From Paramecium tetraurelia (Eukaryota), in the NCBI GenBank assembly GCA_000165425.1, contig CT868668.1, positions 62,001 through 126,000 on the forward strand: a DNA stretch of 64,000 nt, written 5' to 3'. The notes under the pieces were generated by a model that was not told the DNA's origin, made no database searches, and was given only the letters and a program-made list of their open reading frames with translations. Made by a program: the position numbers and the translations under genes. Position 1 is the first letter of the stretch. Every line of letters starts with the position of its first letter. Of this stretch, positions 38,321 to 51,944 are shown one piece after another.

Positions 38321-38813
38321 TAAAACATATGTTGTATTTAAAATTATCTTGATCTTTCTATTTATAAAGAATACTAAATATGGAAATCAGTATAAGTTTA
38401 TAAATCTTCCAATTATTTTTGTCCTTTTAAAATCATTATTGTCAATTTCTTAAGATATACTATGTTAAATAATACTGATATTTTAAGATATATTTTATAA
38501 TATAGATTTTTATATCCAAATTTATTATATGAATTACTAAATTTTAAAAAAGACTATTTAATATTATATCAATGCTACTCTTTTTAGTAACTTTACGAAA
38601 TAGATTATTAATGTTTTCAATAATAGTATTTACATAATCCTTTTTATTTGAAATATAAATTAAATTTAATGGGAATTCATAAGCATAAACAATCATAATT
38701 TCATTCAAATCATAAAAAATTTTCAAAGAATTTAGTTGTCTTCAATATTTTGTTATTATTCACTTAACTCAATAGTTTTAAATAATTAACATAATAAATT
38801 AATATTAAAAGCA

Positions 38814-39301
38814 ATGCAAAGATTATCATCTCTATTAATTGGATTTGGTTTAGGAATTTTTGGAATGAGCTTATTATATGATCCTTGGGGACAAGTAAAT
38901 TTTAATTATATTTAGGAACGATTTGAAAGAACAGTAAGAGAGACAGCAAGATTAGAAAACTCTCTTCTAAATGATGTGGATATTTATTTATAGATGAAAA
39001 TGTTTTTAGGATATATGCTAGTGGCTTGTTCATTCGTTTCAATGAATAGGTAATATTTAATAATCATCAGAGAATTGGTTTACTTTATGTGTTAGCAATA
39101 CCAGCCTTATTAGTTTATGCTGCACTCAATTACAATCATGTATTATATAAATCAGAACGACTTGGTGGAGAGTAAATCATCTAAGGAGCATTATTTTATG
39201 TAGCATTTTGTTTCGCTTTGATCGATGGATTAATAAAGCCAAAGAAATTACCATAACCAAAATAATCCGAAAAAAATGTATAAAAGAAAAAAAACGAATG
39301 A
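38814..39301 (+). CDS. Small multi-pass membrane protein with C-terminal dilysine (KKxx) ER-retrieval motif
   Basis: MQRLSSLLIGFGLGIFGMSLLYDPW..MFLGYMLVACSFVSM..IGLLYVLAIPALLVYAALNY..IIQGALFYVAFCFALIDGLI..QKKKNE*; about 4 hydrophobic segments; two introns. Confidence 0.7.
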
Positions 39302-39636
39302 TTTATTATTAAACACATGTATTTATAAATTGTTATGTAAAAATGCTAGATAACATTGAATTAAAATTAATTCATTAATTTTACTTTACTATCTCTCCTA
39401 TTTAGGGTAATCGCAGCAAAATTGTTATTCGAAAAATGGCAGTCAGAAGTTGCAAATATTGTTTCTCATTAAATAACATAATATATATCCTAATTATTTT
39501 AGATTTATCTTACTAATGTTTTTACTATTCATAATATATTATTTATTAAGAATTAATAGAGGAAGGGAAGTTCATGGTTATAAAAAACTTGAGTTTCACT
39601 TGAATTGATTTGATTCTTTATAAACTAACATATTTT

Positions 39637-40877
39637 ATGTATCAACGATTTGATTTAAATAAAAAATATGAGTTTATTTGGGCATTAGAGCAATAATTGA
39701 TACTTAAAAAATTATAACATAACATCCCATTATGATAAATGAGAATAAATATCCAGAGAGTGATTTTGGCACTTTTTATAATTTTATTGATATATCTAAA
39801 TAAGTTAAGTGTATTATAATATTTGTTTGAGTGCTTAAGAACTATATGTTGACAACTTAATTTGATATTGATTTGTACTATTTCTACCTGTATTCAATGA
39901 AGGTTAGCTTTACAAAAATATGCAAAATTTTAACTAATTCTTTTTGGTCTTAAATTTTGAAAGCTTTGCTTAATAAATTTAAGTTTTTTTATTTTTGGAA
40001 ATAGTTTAGAATTTTTATCTATTTTCTATGTTCAAGTCATAATCTTTCTTGTTAATCAATTAAGGGATTATGATCTATCGTTAAGTATTCTGGAAGATTG
40101 TAGAATTATTTTGTTCAGTTTATAAAGTTTATAATTGATTTAGCAACATATTTGAAATAAAATTGTATATAAAATAATATCAGTAGAGACATTATTGAAT
40201 GATTCTATGGTTATTGTTTGAATTTTGGGTTGAGCAATGAAGAAAATAAACAAAAATTGGATTAACAGTTTAAGAATACTATCAAACAAAGAGGTGTATT
40301 TTAGGAAGGCAATAATTCTTTGTTTTAGATGTTAGTGAACTGAAGATTAGAGGGAAATTCAACTGTTAAAAGGCAATCTTGATTAATGTAGCATTTCTAA
40401 AGTGGTATAATATTGGTACGAGTATTATGAGGAGTATTCATTAATATAATTAAGGTTTGTATAAAATTTGGAAGATTATGAAAAAAGTATATACAGTACC
40501 AACCCCAAGAGAATAGAAACCAAAGGGATAATAGAAGAGTTAAAATGATGTGATGTGAGTTATTATGAATTATGCGTAGAAAGTAAACGTAATTTGCCTA
40601 TATTCCTGATTAACCCACTTAAAAAGAATAATCATCTAAGATGGCTCGACCATATTTAATGTTCAAGCCTAAGTTAGTTGAGGAGATAGACGAGAACAAC
40701 ATGAAAAAGATGAAACTTTCATTTCACAATTCAATAACTGACTTATAAACTTTTGAGGAATTAGCAAAAGAATCACAGCAAAGAGAATCAACTCCGAATT
40801 TAAATCTAACTCCCTAAGAAAAGACTAAGACATTTGTCAGGTAACTATGAATTTCTATTGCCTTAGAAAGTCTATGA
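39637..40877 (+). pseudogene. Probable decayed gene
   Basis: Protein-like stretches (MINENKYPESDFGTFYNFIDIS; FYGYCLNFGLSNEENKQKLDQQFKNTIKQRG; WYEYYEEYSLIQLRFVQNLEDYEKSIYSTNPKRIETKGIIEELK; MARPYLMFKPKLVEEIDENNMKK) are broken by in-frame TGA and frame changes that I cannot resolve with GT..AG introns. Confidence 0.5.
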
Positions 40878-40996
40878 GACACTTAACTCAGCTTTGAAAT
40901 AAATAAATTTCGTGATAAATTATATATGTATGACTTATTTAAGTCTTTTAATATTGAATTTTACATATCCACATTTTATTTAAAAATTTACCACTA

Positions 40997-41677
40997 ATGA
41001 AACACAATTAACAACTTCCAAATGCACATATGAGAAAACATTGGACACGATTTGTTAAGACCTTTTATAATCAACCAGCTGCAAAAAGAAGAAGATAACT
41101 GAGAAGGAGAACATTGGCCTTATGTATATTGGATATCAAATAAATGAATAGCCTCATCTCCAAGACCAGTTGAACTTCTTCGTCCCGTTGTTAGAGGATA
41201 GACAATAAAGTACAACAGTGTTTAGAAGCTCGGAAGAGGATTCTCATTGATTGAATTAAAGGAGGCAGGACTTAATGCAGCATTCGCTAGAACCATTGGA
41301 ATTTCAGTGGATCACAGAAGAAGAAATCTAAATTAGGAGGAATTGAATAACAATGTGAAGAGATTGAAAGCATACTTATCTAAATTGGTTCTATTTCCAA
41401 GAGTGGCAGGCAAACCCAAGAATGGAGTTGTGAAAGATTCAACAAATGAGGTTGTGGCATAGCCAGTGGCTTAGAACACTAACCCAGAGGTAATTAGAAT
41501 TTGCTAAATCCAAAGGTAATCACATTCTAAAGAACTCCAAAACGAGAGAAAGCTACAGTTATTTCTAAAGAATTAAGAGCTAAGAATGTTTATAGAAGAC
41601 TCAGATAAGAGTGGTACAATGCTAAATTTGTTGGAGTAAAGGAAAAGAGAAAATAAGCAAAAGAAACTAAAAAGTGA
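40997..41677 (+). CDS. RPL13: 60S ribosomal protein L13 (eL13)
   Basis: [80 protein letters not shown]; two tiny introns. Confidence 0.96.
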
Positions 41678-41747
41678 TGCATTTAGTATAATACAATATT
41701 ATTTATTTACAATTTATTTATTAACTTATTAAGGAACAGAGAGAGAA

Positions 41748-43807
41748 ATGTCTACCAAAAAATAGGTTCATGGAGGAAAAACATCGAGATCAAATAGCAA
41801 ATAATCTACATCTAATCCTATGTAAGTGAGAAAGCGTTTTTCATCATTATGTTCACCGTAAATTATTTGATCTAACATTTGCTTTAGCCCAAACAATTCA
41901 GGAACATCACCTTGTGTCTTTTGTCAGAAATTTAAAAATTAGAAGGTTGAATCCTATGCTTCTCTCCTTAATAAGGCTCTGTTTGCTAAATACTCGTCAT
42001 CTCAAAACTACTATTATTCTAAAGACATTAATGATATAATTGATGAGGAATCCACGCCGGCAGTCGTTTTTTATAGAGATTTGGAGTGCATAGTAGAGGA
42101 AGAGGAATATCTGAAGAGGTATCATTTTATTCATTCTAAGATCATATGTCAAAAAGGAGGCAACTTCTAAAATCAAAGCCTTGCTTGAATATTACAAATA
42201 TCATAAGGACATACCTCGACTCTTTATGCAAAAGGTCTATATAACCATAAATAAGTTTCACGAAAAGAAGCGAAGGATAGAGTATGCAAATATTAAAAGG
42301 AAATTGAATATCCCAGATGAAGATTTAGTAATAGATATTTATAAAGTTGTAGTAACCAGCGAAAATAAAGGAAAAGAAGAAACAGAAACACAGTGATGAA
42401 GATGTATCAGTGGCTTAACTAAAACATTTACTAAAGGATTTGAAATTAGATACAAATTCCTATCTCTACAAAAAAGTTGATATCTCAAGTAGTGTATAAT
42501 TACGCGAATTCGTATAACAAATTGGACAAAAATATGATTATCTCGGATAAATTTCTGGTCTATTGTCTATTGATTAAAGCAATAGTTTTCTCTTAAGGTC
42601 ACAAGATCTTTCAACCATAAACAAGAATCTAAAATAGAATTATCTTATAAATCACCATAAGCAAGAACCTAATTAGAATTCCAAAGCACAAATTTTAGAT
42701 TCTAAAACTACTCATTAAATTAGTTATTAAGGGAGTTTTGATAAAATTAACTTTAATAAATTGCATTTTAACAATATAGGAGAAGTCTCTTCTTTGAAAG
42801 CTGAAAACTCAATTAAAGCAGGAGAATAAACTAAAAGATCAAGTCAAGACTAATCACCATTAAGGAATTCTTAATAATCCTAAATGATCTAAAAGGTCTA
42901 TTCCCAAATTGAAGGCTTTGCTAATTTTGTGCAAAAACAGTAATAATCCTTGTAAAAATAATAAAAACAGAACTATGCTTAAAAGTCGAATTCGCAAAGG
43001 AAAGTCAGTGCTAATTTCAATTCAACTGATTGCTAATTCAGATTACCAAGTAGATAAAGTTCTAATTAAAAGTAATATGCTGAATTGTAGTCTTAATAAG
43101 TGAATTTCTTGTAAATATATCATAATACATATGTAGAAGAACCAGAGTGGCTTCCCAATTATAAAAGTACGAAGATGATTTCAAGAGTATCAAACATGTA
43201 TGATTATAATTGTATTTCAGTAACCATTAGCAACGGACAGAATTCAAAGGTCTAGCGTTTATAATGTAGGAGATAAAAGTCAACAGAAGTCTTCATCAAA
43301 AAATATGTTAGATATTATACATTTATAACTTTAGATAAAAAATACCATAGAAATTCACTTAATATGCCTTAGCCACATTGAGGAATCTGTAAGTAAAGAA
43401 TTCAGAAGTTAAGAAAAAATAAACTGTCAATAAAAACAATGTGCAAGGACCCACTTTGAATTCCTAATTATTGCATTATAGAACTAAATCCTAAGATACC
43501 ATTGGAACTTATAAAGCATCTTCCTCCAAAGTAGTCTGCGAGACAAGATAATTCAAAAGATCCATTAAGAATTACAAACAACATCAATTTTTAAGGGTCA
43601 TCCAAAAAGGGAGGTGGTGTATACAATATCAACTAAAATAATATAGTTAATATTTATATTGAAGATTTGAAATCTTCTGCCAAAATAAAGTAAGGTGGAT
43701 CGTCAACTGCTCGAATTAATAGTCCCTAGAAAAAGTAATCCCCAAAGGCATTTTCGAAGTCTATAACACTCAAAGATCTAACTTAAGTCCCTTAAAGCAA
43801 AAAATGA
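41748..43807 (+). CDS. Hypothetical protein with a structured-looking N-terminal block and a long low-complexity tail
   Basis: KYSSSQNYYYSKDINDIIDEESTPAVVFYRDLECIVEEEEYLKRSY..KIKALLEYYKYHKDIPRLFMQ; S/Q/N/K-rich remainder; several tiny introns. Confidence 0.75.
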
Positions 43808-43858
43808 GTTTGAAATAAATATGTTATTTCTATAAATTTTATAGATTATGAATATTAT

Positions 43859-46149
43859 TCATAATTATTTAAATGTGCTAAACTTGTGAGGATTAAAAGC
43901 CGTTGAGCATTTTGCCATAGTAACTGATTATCTAGAAATGGCATCAGTCATATAGAAGTTCTAAGAGTAGGAATTACACTTACATCAATAAGATCCTTGA
44001 ATGGAGTGGCTGAAATAGTTTGTTTTGAAGATTCAGGTTTCAAAGCAACTTATCCAAGCACACTTGATTCGATATAGTCATATTTTAATAAATGAGGAGC
44101 CAGTTCAGCCATTCTATATCTAACCTATCAACATATTCAACTGATCATACCTCTTCCAAGGTATCATAAGGCAAAGCGCATCCACATTCCTCAGATAGTG
44201 CTCTCAATATTTCCCAATCTGATTTAGCTCCAGATGGAGGTAAAGCCACTAATTTTGTAGTTTGTACTCTCCCTTCTGTTGAGACCTGATTCAATACTAA
44301 ATATAATTACATAAGTTCCATTCTTTTCTGTATATGTAGCTCCTGGTAATATGAGATCTGCATAATAAGCACCTTCATCTCCATGGCTGCCGATATAGAT
44401 TACATACGCATCCTTAGGGATATCATGAGCTCTTAGATTGTTATCAACTCCCAAGAGAATCACAACTTTAGCAGGGACACTACTCTTCCTTGCTGTAATA
44501 CCTAACTCAAGAGCATTAATTCTTCCAACATCCTTATGTAAAAGATTGAATCCATTCCATCCCAATTATGGATTGATTACTGGTGAATTTTAGGCAATCT
44601 TTTTTAAAGCATTATGAATTGCATTTCCATCAACTCTCTCTAGAACACCTGCTCCTGTTAATATCATAGGTAATTTTGCATTTTTGAGTCTTGCTGCAAA
44701 AGGATGTGTGCCATTAGCAATTTCATCAAGAATTGAGGCATTATTTCCTAAATGAACATAATTATAAGTTAAGTCATTGGCTGGTCCAATCACAAATACT
44801 TTGAGATTGTTTTTTCTTGTGGCTCTTAAGATTCTTGAATTCAATAAAGGGGATTCTACCTTTGGGTTAGTACCTACTAATAAAAGAACATCTGCCTCTT
44901 CAATGCCTGTGATTCTTGAATTTAGTAAGTAATTGGCTCTAAAATCAGCATCTAATTATGGCACACCAACTCCTCTAATTTCAAAATTATCACTATCAAA
45001 TTTATTCAATAAATCTTTTAAGGCTACAATAGATTCGCAGTCTGCAAATTCTCCAATGACTCCTACAATTTCTTCTCCTTTAACTGATTATAATTTCTTA
45101 GCTGCTTATTGAATAGCATCTGGCCAATACAAATCAGTGAAGTTGCCTTAAGCATCTCTAGCTAATGGTAGAGTTAATCTTTGTTTTTTCAATCCATCAA
45201 AGGCTTGTCTTGATTTATCATTTAACCATTCCTCATTGACTTCCTCATGAATTCTTGGTAACACTCTCATAATTTCAGCTCCTCTGGTGTCAATTTGAAT
45301 AAGTGGAAGGATAGTATCAAAAACATCAACAGAATCATAGGACTTTAATTCCCAAGGTCTGGATGTGAATGCATATGGTCCATTGGTTAAAGCACCAACT
45401 GGACAGACATCAACGAGATTTCCTTATAATTCACTAGTGATCATTTTGTCAATGTATGTACCAATTTCAGTATTTCTTCCTCTTCCACTAGTTCCTAATT
45501 CAGTTACACCTGCATATTCATCAGAAAATCTGATGCATCTTGTGCAATGAATGCATCTATTCATACTAGTAGCTACAAGAGGACCGAAATTCTTATCCTC
45601 TACAGCTCTCTTGTATTCGTTATGTCTGCTATCTCCATATCTAGATATTTAATATCAAGATAGATACCCGTATTGTTCAGAGATATCTTATAAATCGCAT
45701 TCGCCTCCTTGATCACAGATGGGACAATCTAATGGATGATTTGCCAACATGAATTCCATAACACCTCCTCTTGCTATTCTGGTCTTTTCACTTTTTGTAA
45801 GTATTCTCATTCCAGGTGCTACTTATGCTGCACATGCTGCAACCTTTTATAATATTCATATATAATTTATACAGGTTTAGGTGATTTCTCGACCTCTACC
45901 AAACACATTCTGCAATTTCCTGCTACAGCCAATCTTTCATGATAGCAAAATCTTGGAATAATTACACCTGCTGAATAACATGCTTAAAATATTGTTGCCG
46001 ATGGATCAACCTATTAAGTTTAAACTTAATGTAAATACTTTGTGTGGAACATCATCAATGAATATTTCTATGAGACTCTATTGTGTTGAGAAGGCTGATA
46101 ATTGTTTTCTCAATATTTGTTATCCTTTCTACAATGAGAATCTAATCAT
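43859..46149 (-). CDS. NDUFS1: NADH:ubiquinone oxidoreductase 75 kDa Fe-S subunit
   Basis: [109 protein letters not shown]. Confidence 0.97.
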
Positions 46150-46256
46150 TGTTTTTTTATAAATCAAAAAATAATATAATGTAAATATTAATTGTAAATT
46201 CTTGCTCATTTGAAATATTTAATCAAGATTGAAATTTAAATTAAAAAATATATTAA

Positions 46257-46864
46257 ATGGCTTAAGAGAAGGAGATCGAAATAAAGGAAGAGAAAGAATA
46301 AACATAAGAACATCATCATGATCACAATCACGAACATGATCATGATCATGACCACGACCATTCAGATGATGGTCATGATCATCAAGGAGATGACAAAGAC
46401 AAGAAGGCTAATAGAGGAGAGAAGAAATTCAAAAAAGCCATGCTCAAATTAGGAATGAAGCCTGTGACTGGAATCACCAGAGTTACAATTAAGAGAGGAA
46501 AACAATTCCTACTTTATATTGATAACCCAGAAGTCTTAAAGTCAGCAAATGTTGACAACTCCTTCATTGTTTTTGGAGAAGCTAAAGTAAATGATCCAAC
46601 TAGTCAAATTGGCAAGAAAGAGGCTGATAATTTAGCATCATAAGTGTAATAATTTAATTTATAAAATTTAGTACCAAATAAGTTGAAGAAAAGCAAGAAT
46701 AATAATAGGCTCAAAATCCAGAATAAGTCAGTGATGAAGGTATTCCCCCTGAGTCAATTAAAATGGTTATGGAGCATTGCAAATGTGATAGAAGCAAAGC
46801 AGTTGAAGCACTTAGAAAATCCGATAATGACACTGTCTAAGCAATTCTCTCCTTAACTGGATGA
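46257..46864 (+). CDS. NACA: Nascent polypeptide-associated complex subunit alpha
   Basis: NRGEKKFKKAMLKLGMKPVTGITRVTIKRGKQFLLYIDNPEVLKS..IVFGEAK; C-terminal UBA-like GIPPESIKMVMEHCKCDRSKAVEALRKSDNDTVQAILSLT; His-rich N-terminus. Confidence 0.92.
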
Positions 46865-47015
46865 TGATTTATTATATTTGAGTAGATATATATAGTATAG
46901 AAATCAATAACAATAGAATTCGGAAATTCGTTTAAATTATAAGCATTTCAAAATAACTAGTTTATTAAAAAAATACAAAAATACATTTCAATAATTATAT
47001 TTATATTTTATTATT

Positions 47016-48706
47016 ATGGCTGCAGTATCTCAAAAGATCTTCAATAATTAATTTGTGATACAAAAGAAGATCTCCTCAGGTTCATTCGGCGTCGTGTATC
47101 AGGGATATGACTTAAGATCGTCAGAGCATGTGGCTATCAAAGTAGAAAAGCAAGAAATAGATGATTTATTTAGTTTAGATAGAGAAGTAGAGTGAAAAAT
47201 ATTCTAAATTTAGATTCAAATATTGAGAAATCTACATGGATTGCCGTAAGTTCCGAAACTGAAATGGGCTGGCAAAGATCAAGGGAACAATGTGATGGTA
47301 ATTCAATTATTGGGAAGAGATTTAACTCACTATTTAAGATAAAGGAAACGTTTTAGTTTGGCATGCGTTTTGGGTGTAGCTGATTAGATGTTGACCATTC
47401 TCGAAGCCATTCATAGCAAGTAAACTTATAATTCAAGAAAGGGGTATCATTCATCGAGACATAAAGCCTGAAAATATATTGGCAGGTAAAGATAGAGATC
47501 AGAATACTATTTATCTTGTGGATTACGGAATCGCTAAGCAATTTAAAGATAAAGATGACAAACATATGTAAATCAACTTATTAAAATAAAAGTCCTTACA
47601 TAGAAAACAAACCTTTTTTGGGAACTTCCAGATACGCGAGTATAGCAGCTCACAAAGGCTAGGAATTATCAAGGAAGGATGATCTGGAATCCTTAGGATA
47701 TATGTTAATGTAATTGACACTGTAATATAGAGATTTTTATTGAAGGGAAGTTTACCTTGGTAGAACATAGGTTATAAAAATGAGGATGAGAAAGTAAAGT
47801 TGGTAGGATTGATGAAAATGAGAGTTACAGCATAAGAATTATGTTAAGATTTGCCAATTGAATTTATGCGATTCATAGATTTAGTTAGAAAGATGAGTTA
47901 TCGCGAAAAACCAGATTATAGGTAAATCTTAAATTTAAATATTAATTTAGATATTTTTAATAGTTGTTTTAAAGAGTCTCTATATAATAACAGGTAGAAT
48001 ATCGATTTGATTGGTATGATGAAAGCAATTTCGAGAAAAAGTCAGGATCAACATCTCCTAAGAAATAACAGTCTATTAAAATTTTAGATTAATCATATTT
48101 GATTCAATAAATCTATTCGCCAAATAAAAAAAAGGCCAGTGAAGAATTCGATGACACTGGACCATCTAAAAGAGAATCAAATGGAAGACCATCCATAATT
48201 AATAATAATTCTAATAATCTACTTATGTGTGATAGCAGAATGAATCTGAAAAATAAAAGTGTTAGTTCATTCAATGAATCCAATTTATAATATAGTGACA
48301 TATAACCTGATTTGAGTTGTCTCATCGCTTATTAAAGGAATCTAAGATATGGATCATTTCATAATGAAGCTGACCCTCAAAAACAACCTGATCGAAGTGC
48401 TTCAACTTAAGATAAACTAAAAGTTAAACACAAGTTAAGTTTGGATGTCAAACCGAATTGCTATAAATCTCTTGTTGAATTCTAATTAGGATTAATCAAC
48501 AATCCTTCGATTATGGATTTTACAGTAAATAGTCAGAATTAATTGAATGAAGATGAAAGTCCATGTCTTGATGATAAATTTAACATACTAAAAGTCAGCT
48601 CAGTTGACAAGTAACTATCATTTTCTATACTCTTAGTAAATTCAAAAACCCAATCCAACTCTTTAGATTAAATTTCAAAGAAAGGTCAAGTATTAAGAAT
48701 AATTGA
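47016..48706 (+). CDS. Casein kinase 1 family Ser/Thr kinase (second paralogue)
   Basis: [68 protein letters not shown]; multiple tiny introns; S/N-rich tail. Confidence 0.9.
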
Positions 48707-48734
48707 ATAAACTTTATATTTATTATTTTATGAA

Positions 48735-50411
48735 TCAACCCTCATAGTATGGTTAAGCATATCCACCCAAAGTGCTTCTCTTCCATGATCTATTGTAATG
48801 AGCAACGGCATCTAACAAGTGAGTTGGTCCCCAAACGACAACAGAAATATCCTATTATATTATAGTATAACAATATGATTACCTTATCCCAGAAGTGTCT
48901 AGTAGCAACTCTAGTCAAATGACCAGCATCAAGAGCAGAGATTCTTCTAGCAAATTCACTTCTTGGCACTCTTCTTCCCCAATAGCTAAATCTTACTGGA
49001 ATATAGATACAAAACTTATTAAGCAATTTCTCTTGATTATTTGGCTGAACTTTCTTAACTCAATAATTCATTAAACACTTTAGCTCTGGCTCTGAAAACT
49101 TCAACTTAGCCTACAGATGAAGCATAATCAGATAAAACCATTTGACTGATATATGCCATTTATGTTGCAAAGACTTCATTACCAATAAAGTAATTTCCAA
49201 AGAGACCTGTGTCTGAATATGCATAATAAACGCATCTTTAATATGTAACATCTGGTAATCCACCAAGGAGTGAATGCATAGTGTTATATTATCTGCTTGG
49301 AGAATTCAAATGGAATCCTGTGTGTTTGTCAGCTCTATGATCACCAATGAGTCTTTAGAAATGATGGAGAGCAAAAACATCAGGGTGGTTCCATCCTGGA
49401 GCATCAAAGAATACACCAACATTCAAGTTGGTTAATTCATCATCTTTCATTAACTAAATCATTAATCAAATGTGAATACCATAATTGATGGAGTAGCATA
49501 TGGTTTTTCGGAATTAGGTACTTCAGTGGGAGCAGATGTACCTAATCCTTTGAAGGCTTTATTGACTGCAGAAACCAAATCTTCATGGTTAACATTACCA
49601 GCAGCTGAGACGATGACATTGGGTGCAACAAAATTGGCTTTGTGGAATTATCTTATTTATTCTTCTGTAACATTTGGAATATTATCTCTAATTCCTGCTG
49701 TTGGTTAACCAAGATAATGATCTCTGTAATTTGTATAATGAGCAGCCTCAGCAACTACTTTGTATTAATCATTGATGCTAACTGATTCTCGATATATTCC
49801 TTCTCTTTCAGCTTCAATTTGAGCTGGGGAATATAAAGAATTTGTCAAAATGTCTCCCAAAAAGGAAACTGCTCTCTCAAGTTCATTTGGCAAGAAAGTG
49901 AGAGTGTAAGTCTATAATTCTCTGCCTTATTTAACTTTTAAAGACCCTCCCAAGTAATCGATTTCTGCTTCAACTTATTCTCTTGATTTTGTTGTTGTAC
50001 CCTAGCATATACATTATTCCTACTCTTAAATTTAATTTTGAAATGAAGTTTGATACTCCAGAACTTTCTAAGGTTTCAAATCTTGATCCTGCTTTTACAG
50101 CTACTGTAATTGAAGCTAATGGTGAATTGTATAATTCAGACACCACTCTGAGACCATTATCTAATTGAGTCAAGGCTTAAGCTCAACATATAATGCGTAC
50201 CTGAAGGTCTATCGTATTTCAAGGCCTCAGGTATTTCCCCTGTTGGCAATTCTCCAAAGTCCACTAATGCTGATTTAGAAAATTGCAATTGGAAATTTCT
50301 CTCCACTTTAGTCTATTGAGCTTAAGTTGTAGGGGCTTTCTTTCCTGATAAGCTTTCAGCTGTGCAAAATTGAGCTAATTTGCGCAGAGAATTCAATCTG
50401 TTCCTAAACAT
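48735..50411 (-). CDS. M16 family mitochondrial processing peptidase beta / complex III core protein 1-like, zinc motif lost
   Basis: Presequence-like N-terminus; LTQLDNGLRVVSE..VAVKAGSRFETLESSGVSNFISKLNLRGT (HxxEH position reads NFISK); YRDHYLGQP; FVAPNVIVSAAGNVNHE; YSDTGLFGNY; YWGRRVPRSE. Confidence 0.88.
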
Positions 50412-50628
50412 ATCTCAATTAATTTATTTATATTTCAAATAGGATTATTATTAAGACATCAATATTCTTTAATACCATAATTACTTATGATGTTCTCTTG
50501 AACAGAATTAAATTTCTAAATTTCATTGAAAGAATGTTATTTATTTCTATTATAATTGTGAAGCTTTAAAATAAATGTTTGCCTATCTATATGAATTAAA
50601 AACTCAGATCATTTCATTTGTTTTTCTT

Positions 50629-51138
50629 TCAATCGGTGGTGATAAATGCTCTTTGATCTAAAATAAACATATTAAATACCTTTAATTAAAGCGCTATATT
50701 AGGCTGCTAATAATATTATTAGATTAGGAATATCTAAATATTCAGCTGTCGTAAGCAATTCCAAGACCTTCTTCTCATCTATCATTTCTTTGAATAACTC
50801 TTTAAATTGTTCTGAATTTTTTAAACTAAAAGATTAATTTTTCAATATTACTCTTCCATAGATCCGATATTATCCTCTTTGTCTTTAAATATTTCTTTCA
50901 TTTAAGCAAGAAAGTGACACAGATTATCAAATTCTTCTTCTGTCGTATCCAATTCTATAGATTCTTGATTTTTGTTCAAATCATAAATCATTTAAAGGAA
51001 TTAGGAATATTTGAAGGCAACACTCTCTAAAATATTTTTACTTTCGGATTTATTGCTAAATTTCACTTGAAAATCATTTAAATTCGTCTCTTCAATTCTT
51101 TTAGAGATTTAATTGTTTTATTAATTATTTTATTTCAT
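50629..51138 (-). CDS. Divergent Skp1/BTB-POZ-like protein
   Basis: VAFKYSQFLQMIYDLNKNQESIELDTTEEEFDNLCHFL...KKVLELLTTAEYLDIPNLIILLAAQYSALIK, resembling Skp1 LFELILAANYLDIKGLL; two tiny introns. Confidence 0.6.
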
Positions 51139-51944
51139 GTTCTTTCAGCATCATTAAATGAGCTAAGAAATAGTTAGTAATTCTCTGAAGTATAAGAGTT
51201 TCTTCATTTAAGCATTATTCTATTGAAATATAATATATATTTTTGAAAAATAGATATCTTAAATATTGTTTTATGCAATAATAATATTTCTAAACAAGAA
51301 TTTATTAATATTTCAAGTAAAATGCTTACTTAATGAAAATATTGATGATTAGTAAAACAGCATATTAAAAAGAATAATTATTTACGCTTAGGTTGTAAGT
51401 AATCTAATATCTTTGACTGCATTGATAATAATTAATCTTGTGAAGAGATTCAATTGATTACCGAACCTAAAATACAAATTCATTTAAAGAATTGCATACA
51501 ACACTCAAATTCGATTTAATTCTTAATTGATATTAGAATTTATTTTAATTAAAGAAAAAATGTATTTTGAACTATCAAATAAGTTTTAATAGATATATTA
51601 ATTCAAATATATAAATATTAAAAAGTCTCTAGCTTAAAATAATATCATAGTGGTTTTAGTAATTGAAATTTAAAAACTATTTGTTATGATTTTAATAATA
51701 ATTCTTGATAGAGTATTTAACCCAAAAATAATTAATACTATACATAAATATCCTTTAATTTGAATATGCAATATTGCTGTTAAGAAAACCTATAGTAGAC
51801 TATATAAAATTTAAATTATCATACTAAATTAAGAATGGCAATGAAGTTTTTTCACTAGATAATTCAGAATCAGCTATTAAATTTAAAATTCGTGAGTGAT
51901 CAAATAAAAATCAAACTAATTGGAGTTATTATCCACTGTCTTAT

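Noticed and set aside
42394..42399. Apparent TGA TGA double stop within the 41748-43807 gene
   Set aside because: It is out of frame once the 25-nt intron at ~42328-42352 is removed.
47521..47529. DYG instead of DFG in the second CK1
   Set aside because: A tolerated variant in the CK1 group; the other catalytic motifs are intact.
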